35,999 bases of DNA from contig JAYUQR010000056.1 in assembly GCA_043756665.1 (NCBI GenBank), forward strand, positions 1 through 35,999, read 5' to 3'. Below, in pieces: positions 7,802 through 19,177 of the stretch. A model generated the notes under the pieces. The model did not search any database. It saw only the letters and a list, made by a program, of their open reading frames with translations, and was not told the origin of the DNA. The position numbers and the translations under genes were made by a program. Position 1 is the first letter of the stretch. The number at the start of each line of letters is the position of its first letter. Source of the DNA: Candidatus Altimarinota bacterium (GTDB lineage Bacteria; Patescibacteriota; Gracilibacteria; BD1-5; UBA2023).

Positions 7802-8806
7802 ATGAAAAAAAATATTGATATTCTCCTCTCCGTCATCGATAACTATGGTGATATGGGATTCGCATGTGAGCTCCTGATCGGACTCGAGAGAATATATCCA
7901 TGAGTATTTATATACCATATCTGGACGGATGATATCTGAGTCGTTACGAGTTTTTTCGAGAAAAATAGCGATTCACTCCCTGAGTATTATGTGAATATGT
8001 TAGAAAAATTTGGTGAGGATAATCAATCATCATTCTGTATTTCACTCTTTCATGGCTTTATTCCAGAGAGACGATTTTTCCAGAATCCTTCGATGATCCT
8101 CAGAATAGACTATCTCTCTCTCGATCGTGTATGGATGAGGAATCATGAAAAAGAGCATATCGGTTCCACAGAAGGCAGGAAAATTATCGAAATTATACCT
8201 TCGCCATTTCCACAGTGATGAGGAATATTCCCTTGTCCGATATGAAAATATACACGCCAGGATATCGCAGACATGTTTTCCTTGGATTGTTCGAAAGAAT
8301 GGATTTCGATTTTTTCCTATCCTCAGACACTGAGTGCAAGCATAGATTTTACGATTATTCCACACGATCGAGAAATACTCCTTCTCGGAGTTCCCACAGA
8401 AATACAGAAACAGATTACATATAAAAATATCCACTATCTTCCCTTTCTCCCACTGGATCTCTTTCATCATGTTCTTGCTCATAGTCTCTGGAGTATCATC
8501 CGTGGTGAACTCAGTTGGATGAATATGGTGGCTCTTGAGAAGCCATTTTTCTGGGATATGTACAAGTCTCTCGGTGGGTTTCCAGAAGAGCAGAGTCGAC
8601 AGTTTCTCGAACTATTTGAGGTATCATCGAATTATCGAGGCATCCATAATCATATCAATACGGGATTCCCGTGAAAATTCTCTCTTCACGAGTGTGAATA
8701 TTTGCTCATGTCCTGAAAATGAAATATGAGCCTGAAAAAAAAGAAACCGAAGGATCTCATCCATGAAGTAAAAAAATTTATTGACAGTTTCTATTTTTCC
8801 CTATAA
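7802..8806 (+). CDS. earP: EarP, EF-P arginine rhamnosyltransferase (DUF2331 family)
   Basis: MKKNIDILLSVIDNYGDMGFACELL matches the EarP N-terminal signature (DIFCxVVDNYGDIGVxWRLA). RIDYLSLDRVW matches LEYLSAEEW; ISIFSYP matches ISLFAYE. HYLPFLPLDLFHHVL...IIRGELSWMNMVALEKPFFWDMY matches LPF..QDDYDRLLW..D.NFVRGEDSF.RA.WA.RP..WHIY. Joins track ORFs 7991-8218 and 8273-8674 through about 8 UGA codons. TAA 8804-8806. Confidence 0.8.
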
Positions 8807-8850
8807 TCACAGGGCTTCGCCACAGTGCAGAGGCATAGTCTCAAAAACAT

Positions 8851-8927
8851 GCCAATGTAGCTCAGCTGGTTAGAGCGCGGGACTCATAAGCCCGAGGTCG
8901 GCGGTTCAAGCCCGCCCATTGGCACCA
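8851..8927 (+). tRNA. tRNA with anticodon CAU (elongator Met or lysidine-type Ile2), CCA encoded
   Basis: GCCAATG-TA-GCTC-AGCTGGTTA-GAGC-G-CGGGA-CTCATAA-GCCCG-AGGTC-GGCGG-TTCAAGC-CCGCC-CATTGGC-A-CCA. The G1:C72 pair excludes an initiator. Confidence 0.85.
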
Positions 8928-8933
8928 TCATAT

Positions 8934-9008
8934 CGCGGAGTAGAGCAGTGGTAGCTCGCAAGGCTCATAACCTTGAGGTCGTATGTTCGATTCATACCTC
9001 CGCAACCA
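8934..9008 (+). tRNA. Initiator tRNA-fMet (CAU), CCA encoded
   Basis: CGCGGAG...CAAGG-CTCATAA-CCTTG...CTCCGCA-A-CCA. The C1 x A72 mismatch at the top of the acceptor stem is the bacterial initiator hallmark. Only two G:C pairs close the anticodon loop instead of the usual three. Confidence 0.75.
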
Positions 9009-9133
9009 TCTATAGACCATCCTGAGTATTGATTCAAAGAAAATGTGAAAAAAATGTGAAAAACTTTTTGCATTTCTGAATAATCCTATTATACTCACTT
9101 CCACACGTTCTTTACTTCTTATTTTTTCTCATT

Positions 9134-9415
9134 ATGCGTATCGCATTACTTTCTATTGCCCTCATCACTCTCCTCTCTGCATGTACTGCACCGAGCAAGA
9201 CTCCAGTTGTACCAACTCCTGAGACAACTACAGTTACTGTCACAGATGTTCCTGCTCCAACTCCAATGCCTGTTCCTGAGCCTATGCCTGTACCAACTCC
9301 AACTCCTGTAACTGATGTAGCTCCAGCTCCAGCTCCAGCTCCAGCTCCAGCTCCAGCTCCAGCTCCAGCTCCAGCTCCAGCTCCAGCTCCAGCTCCAGCT
9401 CCAGCTGCGAAATAA
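9134..9415 (+). CDS. Lipoprotein with Pro/Thr-rich linker and (Ala-Pro)14 repeat
   Basis: MRIALLSIALITLLSAC is a signal peptide with lipobox LLSA|C. It is followed by TPVVPTPETTTVTVTDVPAPTPMPVPEP... and (AP)14. 93 aa. Terminator follows. Confidence 0.75.
   Translation: MRIALLSIALITLLSACTAPSKTPVVPTPETTTVTVTDVPAPTPMPVPEPMPVPTPTPVTDVAPAPAPAPAPAPAPAPAPAPAPAPAPAPAAK
9320..9406 (+). repeat. Hexanucleotide tandem repeat (gctcca) x14 plus a partial copy
   Basis: Perfect gctcca units from 9320 to 9403, then gct. In frame, encoding (Ala-Pro)14. Confidence 0.95.
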
Positions 9416-9430
9416 TTCTGAATATATGTA

Positions 9431-9456
9431 AAATCCACTGAAAAGTGGATTTTTTA
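9431..9456 (+). terminator. Rho-independent terminator
   Basis: aaatccact (9431-9439), loop gaaa, agtggattt (9444-9452), T-run to 9455. Confidence 0.75.
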
Positions 9457-9484
9457 TTTGTATTTTTTCGTGATTTCGGATAAT

Positions 9485-12400
9485 ATGCAAGGGATAATAA
9501 CCTCTACGAAATATATGACAGGAATCAATACACCACAATGATTATCAGAATCTGTTGATAACAATACTTCTGGAAATAGAGTCAAGAAAAATATACTAGA
9601 ACTTCTCGAAGAATCAACAGAGGCGAGGGCATTTCGAGATTCTGCGAGTCAGGCAGATCTCCTCCAGAGACTCAAAAATAATCCGCACCTTGTTGCTGAA
9701 GAAATCCGATCAGAAATGAATGATAGACTCAGAAACAGTCATGATCAGTATAGAGATGATATGGTGGCAGAGATTCTCAAATCTGAAAATGCGAGCTCAT
9801 CCACAATACCTCAGTCTATAAAGAATATAACGGATGCGACGATCCTCGAAAAACTCAACATATTTCTCTTGAGCACGAAGTCCGCACAGGGTAAACTGAA
9901 AAATAAAGTACGATCCCTCTTTGCTGACGAAGTATTCGATAAGGACTCACCTAATGCTGCTGACAATCGTGAGGCACTTGATAACTGGATCGGACAGCAT
10001 AATGAAAGTGCAATCCGTAAATATCTCAGATCTCCAACACTTCTGAGAAAACATCTAAGGAGGGATTGTTTTCATGATACAATGGATTCTTTCCAAGATA
10101 GAAATTCTATGTATTTCTTCGAAAAACTCTGAATAAAATGGGAAACCCTCACAGAAACAGAGCAAAATCTATGCATAAGGCTCAGAACCAATACGGGAAT
10201 AGTGAAACCTTGAGCTCGATGAGGAATTATCAATGAGTTCAATCATCAAGATATTCGATGATACCTACGTATTATCGATAAGGCAACTTGTACAAGTGCT
10301 CAGAAACTCGAATCGAAGAAAGACCTTATCCGAGAGTTCCTTCCTACGACAACTCCACAATTTCTCGTAGAAATGTGAATAATAAATGAGCAACAAGCTC
10401 GAGAAAAAGTGAAAACTTGACTTGAGGCTATTCTCTGAGAATGATACTTCGAACTATGATCAGACGATGAGAAGCGTGAAAAACAGAGATTCCTGGAGGT
10501 ATCATATACAAAATGACAATATATCGAGATTCCTCTAGAGGAGTACTTATCTGATAATGATTTTATTGAAAGATTATTCGACGCCTCGATGCGCTCTACA
10601 ACGCCATTGACGAAAAATATGGCGAAAGATATGCAAGATATTGTAACTGGACTTCAAAATACTCAGTTTGATCTCTGAACTATGAAAATCACTCCAGATG
10701 CACGGGGATGATGGCATACGAGTTTCGTAGAAAATCTCACTCAACTCAAAGCGAAAGATCCTACAAAGCCACAAGTAAAAAATGCTCAGAATTTTCAGGA
10801 AGGATCATATATCCGCATCGGGCAAGATAGAAATGGAAAAAAAGAATATAGATACTTTCGTATAGCTAAGACTGATGTTCGGCTCTCTATGCCGTCAGAT
10901 ATCCAAGATAAAGATGGAAATAAGGTCAGTCACCGATGAATCACCATGGAGGACTGGTCAGGGGAAGGTGATGGTATGGTCATGCCAGGGAGGCAAAAAT
11001 GAGTCAATGACTGGCCTTATGCAAAACTCGCAACATTACTGAGTAAGCCTGGAGATGAAATCGAGATCATCACTGCTGATGAAATGCAATCCAGACGCAT
11101 ATCAAAGTGAGAGGATAAGATTAATACTACGTATTCGGTGAATGACGTCTATAATTCTATAGAAAAACTCGAAGATGCACTCTGATGGAAACCAGAAAAA
11201 TGATCCATCTATAGTACGAAAGATGTAAAATGAGGTTCTGATATCTTTATAGAGATATTGAGTATCGATCCTGAAAATGGAAAGATGATCATCTCCGATG
11301 GGATCGGTGATTTTCCAGTCAGTTTCGCGCAATTCTATGAGATAGCTACAGAGCTCAAACTCAGGGAAATCGGAAAGTATAAGACAGATACTGATATCAA
11401 TTCCATCATCCAAACCCTTGGTGATGGATTCAAGGATCTGTCTTTCGAAAGTGGGGGTATCTTCCAGACGGTTAAGGATCAGCATGGGCATAATAAAAAA
11501 ATCCGTATCAGTCACTTCATGAATGAGGATGGTGAAGGTATGTATTGTGATTCTCTCACTTCTGGATGAGCCCAGGTGTCATTTGGGAAAGTAGCAAAAA
11601 ATAAAAAGGGTGATGATTGGGGGGATATGAAGTGAAAAGCGAATCTCAAGGCGTTCTCGGGGAGTTCACGTACATTATCTATGGCAGGATTTCTGAATCA
11701 GATCAGAGACAATGGCTATAAACCCTATATGAACCCGAAGGAGAAGGGTGATGAAATCGATCATGAAGATCATCAGCTCCATAGTCATGGGACAGTATGG
11801 TGAAAGATCATGAACTGGACGAGTTTCTCAAATATCAGCAAGGCATTCGATCTCTATAAACATGCCTGGGAGCATAAGATGGAGAAGAATTCGAAATTTC
11901 AGGCAGCACGATTCGCCGATAAATATCTCACGAAACTCATGCCCGAGGGAATGCGTTATTCTCTGCGATCTGAGGCTGCAGGAGCACAAAATGAAGCCAT
12001 GGAATGAGTTCTCAAAATGCTCGAAGAGATGAATGGAAAAACCGCTCGACTCCATGTCCGAAATCATATCCTCCTCAATGATGACGCCAAATTCGAAGAA
12101 GTTCTCGCATGACTCCTCTATATATCGAAAAAAACGGGTCAACTCTATCCAGAAGAACTCTCCGATCTCAAGAACTCAAAGCTCTGGTTTACCAAGCTCG
12201 CAATCACTCAAGGGTATAGCACTCGATATTCTCGAAAACAGCTCATGCAAAAGTGTATCGAAAAAACTGATAAAGGTGCTGAAGATCCGAGTGCTATCTC
12301 GGAAATGGATCTCGTCGAGCGTCAACTCAAGTATTATGAAGGAATGAATTTCCGTATCCCTCCGAATATTGCTCCGAAATTCCCATGAGCCCTCGTAGAA

Positions 12401-13675
12401 GGGAGTAAATGAAATAAGGAAAAATGAGAACTTGAAGTGAATCAACGTTCCAATATCAGTCAGATGAACAAATATGCTCTTTCGAAGCTCAATGTGGGAG
12501 AGGGATGGAAGGCAATGGGGTGTATAGACAGACTTCATACAAAAAATGGAAGTCCTACTCAACTCAATGCAATTCCATTCACGCTCCTTATGTCAAATAT
12601 GCCTGAGTATCTGGGATCAGAGTTCCGTAAAGCACTTCACTCTGAATGAACTGGATCGAGAACATCGCATGCATTCAAATTCGGGAATGAGATGTCCCTT
12701 GTCAATACCTATCGTAGTGTCGTATGAATTGCAGCAGCGGAGGTGGCTCGGAGAACAAAAAATCCTTGAATTCTCTCCGAATTAGAGAAAATAGAAAAAC
12801 AAAGACATCATATCGGTGAAGAGAGTCATAGGAAAAAGACAGAAGATGATCAGAAAGATTGGATCAACTCTATCTATGATTTTTGGATGAAATATGGAGA
12901 TAAACTCCAGCCGATCCTCCAGATGAGTGATACTTTTATTGATGCAGAAACAGAGTTTGGGACTAATGACAGTACAAAAAATTTCTGCAAGACTTATAAA
13001 GATAGATTTGCAACTACAAGTGGTATGCAGAACAAACAATTATTAGAAAGTTGAGCAATATATACAAAAAATTCGAATGTTGCAGAAGGTAACATGGTTC
13101 CTGATCATACCCCGTTTGCATTTACGAATATGGTCAATGCTTCTTTTTCTGCTATATATTCTCAAAGTGGTATGATGGGTACTAGTCAGTCAAATTCAAC
13201 AGCTTATACTGAAATATTCGCACCATGAGTACTTGGTGCACTGTACAAGCTTCGTAATCTCTCAGAAGAAGATATACCGCCATGAATGAGTCTAGAAAAT
13301 GTTCAACGAAAACGATTCCAAGAATATTTTGCTGCTATTATGTATTATCTTCGTACAAAGTGAACAAACCCACCAGAAATTATGCTAGGTTGAGGCAAGG
13401 ACGGTAGACCAAAAATGAATTATATCATTGATTTGGAAGAGTATTGATTCAATTTGAAGTCATCGGACTTTGGATGAAAGTTTACTACGAAGCCAGCCTG
13501 AGCAGAAATCGAGCCAAATACACAGATACCGAATCCACTGGTAATTGATAGTAGAAATGATAGACTCCGCTGTGAAGAAATGTTTCAGAATTTTAGAATG
13601 ACAACAGCTCGAGTTACGGCAACAACAGCTCGAAATGTTTGAGATACATTTGATTATGAGTGATATTGAGGGTAA
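9485..13675 (+). CDS. Very large hypothetical protein (1396 aa), no family recognised
   Basis: Frame 2 is open from ATG 9485 to TAA 13673-13675 if UGA is read as sense; I verified this codon by codon over 10130-11260 and 12005-13675. It unites track ORFs 9716-10132, 11258-11569, 11810-12007 and 12437-12649. About 41 in-frame UGA by hand count and no in-frame TAA/TAG. No signal peptide or TM segment seen. Confidence 0.7.
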
Positions 13676-13676
13676 G

Positions 13677-13785
13677 TCCCCACTCCCGCACATGCCACAG
13701 ACGCTACCTGATACCACCATTTTACCTGACATTCACCTGAATATTCTGAAATATTGGAATAGATTCCAATAAAATCGATAAAAGT
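13677..13785 (-). pseudogene. Degenerate duplicate of the 3' end of yraN
   Basis: Minus strand ...atcgattttattggaatc...ggtggtatcaggtagcgtctgtggcatgtgcgggagtgg parallels the yraN 3' end ...atcgacttcatcggtatc...ggtaccatcgggcaccgtctctggcatgtgcggggagtgg (15046-15150). It contains an in-frame TAG and an indel. Confidence 0.45.
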
Positions 13786-13837
13786 TTGGACTTTATTCCA
13801 ATAAAAGATATACTCTAGGTATATTCTCTCTTTCTCT

Positions 13838-15037
13838 ATGAATTTCAATCAATTTTTCACCCTCCAGCGTGAGCTCATCGATACTGTAGATGCGAGATGA
13901 CGATTCGTCTCAGATGAGATCGTGTGGGGTGATCGGTGTATCGGTATCCTATGACCGCGTGGCATCGGAAAGACCACCATGCTCCTCCAATACCTGAAAA
14001 CGCAAGAGAGTGATCGATCGCTCTATGTGAGCCTCGATCATGTCTATTTCTATGATCAGGATCTTTTCGCTTTCGTAGAGTGATTCGTCCGTGAATACGG
14101 AGGAACGTGTATCATCCTCGATGAGGTCCAGAAATACAAGAACTGGTCTCAGGTGATCAAGAGTCTCTATGATAGTTTCCCGAAACTCCAGATTCTCTTC
14201 TCTGGGAGTTCCAGTACAGATCTCAGAGGTGGTACGGGGGACCTCTCACGTCGGGCACTGATCTATACGCTTTCGGGGTGTAGTTTCCGAGAATTTCTCT
14301 TTCTCGAAAAGAAGATTGCTCTCGAAAAGTATACGATCGAAGATATCTTCGAAGGCAAGAAATCTCTCCCCTATGATGCTCGTATGCTCGAATATTATAG
14401 AGAATATATTGAGTATGGGTACTATCCGTATCTCTATGATGTGCATCCTCAGACGAGGGAAATGCGAGTCCGCGAAACGGTAGATAAGACACTCTATGAG
14501 GATATAGCGGGATTCTATGCTATACAGTCGAGTCATGTCTTTCTCCTCAAGAAACTCCTCACCTATATTGCCTCCATACCACCAGGGTCTATGAGTATCA
14601 ATAAGCTCGCAAAGACCCTCGAAATCGATCATAAGACCGTTTCTCGCTATCTCGAAATCCTCGAAAAATGAGGGCTCATACGGTATCTGAAAAAGGATGC
14701 GCATGGCTATAATCTCCTCAAGAATACAGAAAAAATCTATCCAGATAATCCTACGTGCCTCCTGGCGCTCTCACGAGATCCCACTGACTCGAATCTCGTC
14801 GGTACGATTCGCGAACTCTTCGCACTGCTGCATATGGATATAGGGAAGTATCCGATCGCGTACTCTTCACAGGGGGATATGATCATCGATGGTACGTATA
14901 CGATCGAAGTCTGAGGAGCGAATAAGAGTATGAACCAGCTCCAGTGAATACCAAAAAGTTTTCTCCTTCTCGATAATATGCTCCTCCAGACAGAGAAAAA
15001 TATTATACCACTCTGGGCTCTCGGACTTATGGTGTAA
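13838..15037 (+). CDS. AAA+ ATPase of the AAA_14 / DUF4143 (COG1373) type
   Basis: ATG 13838, TAA 15035-15037, 399 aa, seven in-frame UGA. Walker A IL(G)PRGIGKTT has UGA (13952-13954) on the invariant Gly. Walker B CIILDEVQK. C-terminal winged-helix-like part INKLAKTLEIDHKTVSRYLEILEK(G)GLI. Confidence 0.85.
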
Positions 15038-15040
15038 TCC

Positions 15041-15406
15041 TTATACTTCCACTCCCCGCACATGCCAGAGACGGTGCCCGATGGTACCGTCTTTTTTCGG
15101 CATGATACCGATGAAGTCGATACGGATCTGCTCATCAGGGATGCGGTGTTTCCCCACGTAGAACATCACACTTCGTTTGAGAATACGTCGCTTATTCGGC
15201 GTGAATGTATCGAGTGGATGGGCATGTGACTCATCGAAACGGTAACGCACTTCGATGAATACCGTGATGGTTCCATCTCGTGCGATGATATCGATCTCAC
15301 CTCACTTGATCGTGTAATTCATCTCGACAATCTCATATCCCTTTCCCTCGAGGTATTTCCGAGCGGTCTCTTCCCCAGTATATCAGATGGAGCGACGGGA
15401 TTCCAT
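15041..15406 (-). CDS. yraN: YraN family (UPF0102) endonuclease-like protein
   Basis: MESRRSI(G)YTGEETARKYLEGKGYEIVEMNYTIK(G)GEIDIIARDGTITVFIEVRYR...KRRILKRSVMFYV. Family pattern G.GE..A..yL...Gy.i...N.r...GEIDiIa.d....vFvEVk.R. 121 aa. Starts 4 nt after the galU stop. Confidence 0.8.
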
Positions 15407-15410
15407 AGGA

Positions 15411-16301
15411 TTATCTCTTATGAGTTGTGAGGAATTCAGTGAGCCAGTTCTCGAACTCTTTCCCGATCTCTGGATGGCGCATAGCAAAATCTACAGAGGT
15501 TTTCATGTATTCGAGCTTGTTCCCTGTATCATAATACCGTCCATTCTCTATCTCGACAGCATAGAGTGGGACTCATTCGGAGTGGAGGAGATTGATCGCA
15601 TCGACGAGCCATATTTCTCATCATTTTCCTGGTTTTATAGAACGCAGGGCTCGAAATATCTCTGGTGGGAGGATATAGGCACCATGCGTCGCAAGGTTGC
15701 TCGGAGCATTCTCTGGATCAGGTTTTTCGACGATAGTATTGATTCTATAGACATTTCCTTCCACGAGGGTTACGTCCGCGATCCCATATCGCTTCAGATC
15801 CTCTTTTTTCTCGATGCGTACCCCGCTGATGACTATACCTCAGTATTTCTCATAGACACTCATCATCTGCGAGAGTCTCGCAGGAGTAGAATAGATAAAT
15901 TCATCTCCCCACAGCACTGCGAATGGCTCATCTCAGACCACACTCTCAGCAGAGAGGACGGGACTCCCATTTCCATAGGGTCACTTTTGTCGAACATAGA
16001 TAAAATTTGCCATCTCAGCAATTTTTATCGTTTCCTCGAGGAGTTTATCTTTTCATCCCATTTTGAGATTATTGACGAGATCTTGATTCGGATTATCGAA
16101 GTGATCTTCTATCGCTCTTTTTTGTGATCCAGTGACGATAACGATATCTTTGATCCCACTGGCGACGGCTTCCTCCACGACATACTGGATGACGGGCTTA
16201 TCCACGATGGGGAGCATTTCTTTCGGTTGAGCCTTCGTTGCGGGGAGGAACCTCGTTCCGAATCCTGCCGCAGGGATGATACATTTTCGTATTTTTTGCA
16301 T
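15411..16301 (-). CDS. galU: UTP--glucose-1-phosphate uridylyltransferase GalU
   Basis: [69 protein letters not shown]...FIYVRQK(G)PYGNG. Extends track ORF 16053-16373 through 7 in-frame UGA codons (hand count) to TAA 15411-15413. 296 aa. The 246-aa plus-strand ORF 15387-16127 is its antisense shadow. Confidence 0.9.
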
Positions 16302-16437
16302 AGTGTTACTCGAGAGAATTATGAGAGGATTATATCGACTTTTCGAGAGTTGCAAGGGAAAGTAGATAACCAAACATTATAGGCATCTGATACAGGACAA
16401 CCACAAGGGTTGCCCCTACAGAACCATTCCCTAAAAC

Positions 16438-17616
16438 CTAATCCCTAAGATCTCACTTCTCCCGAATATACATACCATCTCAGAAGCTAAAGAATCGATA
16501 TTTTCCCTCAATAGCATGCGAATATATTTTTTCTATAGATTCTCGTCCCATGAATGCACTGACAAGTACCAAAAGGGAGGATTCTGGGAGGTGGAAATTC
16601 GTAATGAGCTCATCGATGATGCGGAATACGTATCATGGAGTGACATAGATCGACGTGGAAAAAGTAAGTGATTCTGCTCGCGATTCATAGGAAATATTCT
16701 CTATCCAGTTATGATCACCAAGATCTTGAGTGAGAGTATCCCAATATGCTCTCGTATCCTGATCGAGTAATTCCTTCAGTTCCTCATCGATCGACCGCCA
16801 GAGAGAGGGAAGAGATTCGAGGGTTCGACAGACAGTCGTACCGACAGCGATGAGTTTTTTTCCTGTATTTTTGTACTGAGCAATTTTCTGAAATATTTCG
16901 AATTCTACCTCAATGACCTCTCGATGGATCTGATAGTCTCGGATATCCGTGACATCAATTCCCTTAAATGTGCCGAGTCCGACATGGAGGGTGACGTATT
17001 CTTTCGGATTGTGTATACTCTCGAGGAGCTCATCCGTGAAGTGGAGTGACGCTGTAGGTGCAGCGACTGATCCATCGACACGTGCAAAACGGGTCTGGTA
17101 ATCTGCCTCTTTTTCTTTCGAATACTCGATATAGGGAGGGAGAGGAAGTTCTCCATATTGTTCCATGATGGATTCGATAGTGACTCCGTGTGTTTCGAGG
17201 ATTCTTCCTGTTTCGGTCTGTGAGATCACTTCGATCCATCACTGTTCGAATGGGATTCTCGTTCCGATCTTGAATTTTGATCCTGGACGTACGAGTGCCT
17301 CGAACTGATTTCAGGTAGTTTTCTGACAAAAAAGGATCTCTCCTTCCTTAATACTCCCATGAGTATTATCATTTCGGATAATTCATCGATCTCTGAGGGG
17401 GATACGAGCCCGAAGAACCCTGGAATTATTAAAAAAAAGTACTCTATTCCCGGGAATAATATCACTGAGTTCACGGAAAGTTCACTCTTGCTCTATCATG
17501 CCTGTACTCCGATCACATACGATAAGCCGAGCATCATGATGCGGATGGACTGCTTCTTGGGCAATAAGTCCATCAGGAAGGGTATATGAGTAGGATCGGA
17601 TATCGAAGTCAGACAT
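16438..17616 (-). CDS. queA: S-adenosylmethionine:tRNA ribosyltransferase-isomerase QueA
   Basis: [33 protein letters not shown]...LPLPPYI...TASLHFT...[11 protein letters not shown]...[22 protein letters not shown]...YRFFSF(G)DGM. Joins track ORFs 17482-17718 (from its internal ATG at 17616) and 16633-17229 plus a C-terminal extension. UGA 16480-16482 sits on the conserved Gly of the GD motif. TAG 16438-16440. Confidence 0.9.
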
Positions 17617-17724
17617 ATTCGAGTAGAATTTTATTTTACCGCAGTATACTGCAATTGCTAGAGTTGACAATCTTTTATCGAGAGATTCTCTTGGGCTTTC
17701 GTCACTTTTTTGTATCATGCCATT

Positions 17725-19131
17725 ATGATACGCTCTATTTTTCTCTTCTGCATGCTCCTTGGCTTCACGGGCTGTAGTATCGATGGATCTCTCACCTCTC
17801 AGAAACCGATTTCTTCAGAAGTAGCAGTTCCGACATATCTGCAATCACTTGATCCTGATATGAGAGTGGATCTCGCAAAAAAGAGGAAAAATTATATTTC
17901 AGGAATCAGAAAATGAGATTACTATTCTCTGAGAAATAATCCTGAAGAGGCACTGAAATATTACCTCACTATTGCAGAGAAAATACCGAATGATCAAATT
18001 ATTCGCAAAAAAATTGCCCATGTCTATTTTCTCCAAAAAAATTGGAAGGCAGCTTATATGAATTATATACTCGTTCCTATCGAGGAACTCACTGATCTTG
18101 AAAAAAATGAAATGTTCCAGTCTCTTTTTTTTGATGATTCCCAACTCGATCGTATCGGTGAAGTTCAGAAAATTCCGAGCAGTACGGGATCTCGAGAATA
18201 CTATCGAGTTATAGATACATGTTATTGAGGGATCCATAATTGTATCATCGCTATTGAGTGATACAGTGGGGACTCTCTCGAACTGCTCGACCTCAAAAAG
18301 GTCATACAGGATGCAGCTGAAATCAGTCCAGATTTCCAGTACAGGAACCTTTCAGTTGCTGCGAAATTTTATGAACTCAATATGTATGGTGTGAGTTCAC
18401 GTTTTGCAGAACAAATTCTCAAGATACGTCCAGACTATTATGAGGTCCAGAAACTTCTCTGATTCACCTATGCGGAACTGTGAAAATATGGAGATTCGAA
18501 AAAATATCTCCTCGAGTATATCGAAAAGAACCCGAATGATCTCGAGACGATTATCCGAATCGGAGAAGTATATTCCCACTTAGGCGATATTGTTTCCTCG
18601 AATCTTTTTTATAATAATGCCCTGATTGCTGGCTATACTCCAAAAACTGACATTGAGCGACACCTTGCCTATAATTACTCGATTCTGGGCGATTCAGCTG
18701 CCCTTATCCGAGTCATGAACTATCTTTTACAAGAAAAAGATGTAAGAGAAGATGATTTTGCCGTCGGGATTTCGATCGCACTTTCAGAAGGAGAGTTGAA
18801 ACGGGCCCAAATGTGGACTGATGCTTGATTGGCCATGTTTCCATGATCCCGTACCCTCATACCACTTGCGATGGAATCATATCGCCTTACGGGGAATAGA
18901 GATGCAGCTCAGATGTTGGCAGAAAATGGAGATCAAGTGACTTTTTCTGAGAATCCGAATTTTCTCCTCCAAAAATGAATACTTTTGTTCGATCAAGAAA
19001 AATATGATGATGCAAAGAAGATCTTCGAAACTCTCTGAGATCGAGAAGAGTGGCCTGAGATTTCTCTAGAAGCGCAGACCTATATCCGATCTATCGAAAA
19101 TATCGAATCCGCTTCAGGAAGCCTATTCTAA
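17725..19131 (+). CDS. TPR-repeat lipoprotein, hypothetical
   Basis: MIRSIFLFCMLLGFTGC has lipobox LGFTG|C. TPR-like repeats follow (EEALKYYLTIAEKIPND, AEQILKIRPDYYEVQKLL, LLEYIEKNPNDLETIIRIGEVY...). Nine in-frame UGA. TAA 19129-19131. 468 aa. Confidence 0.7.
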
Positions 19132-19177
19132 TATCGATTTCCTTGACTCTCTGAGAACTCTCTATACACTCAAATGT

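Noticed and set aside
9320-9406. Short perfect repeats, a possible CRISPR array
   Set aside because: The 6-nt units have no spacers and are in frame inside a lipoprotein gene, encoding (Ala-Pro)14. No CRISPR-like repeat-spacer architecture exists anywhere in the window.
12033-12347. 104-aa Ser-rich ORF in frame 0 (and 12546-12785), suggesting separate genes inside 9485-13675
   Set aside because: Frame 2 is continuous here, with only UGA interruptions, and reads as ordinary protein. The frame-0 products are low-complexity.
15387-16127. 246-aa plus-strand ORF
   Set aside because: It is the antisense shadow of galU, whose minus-strand translation matches the GalU family end to end.
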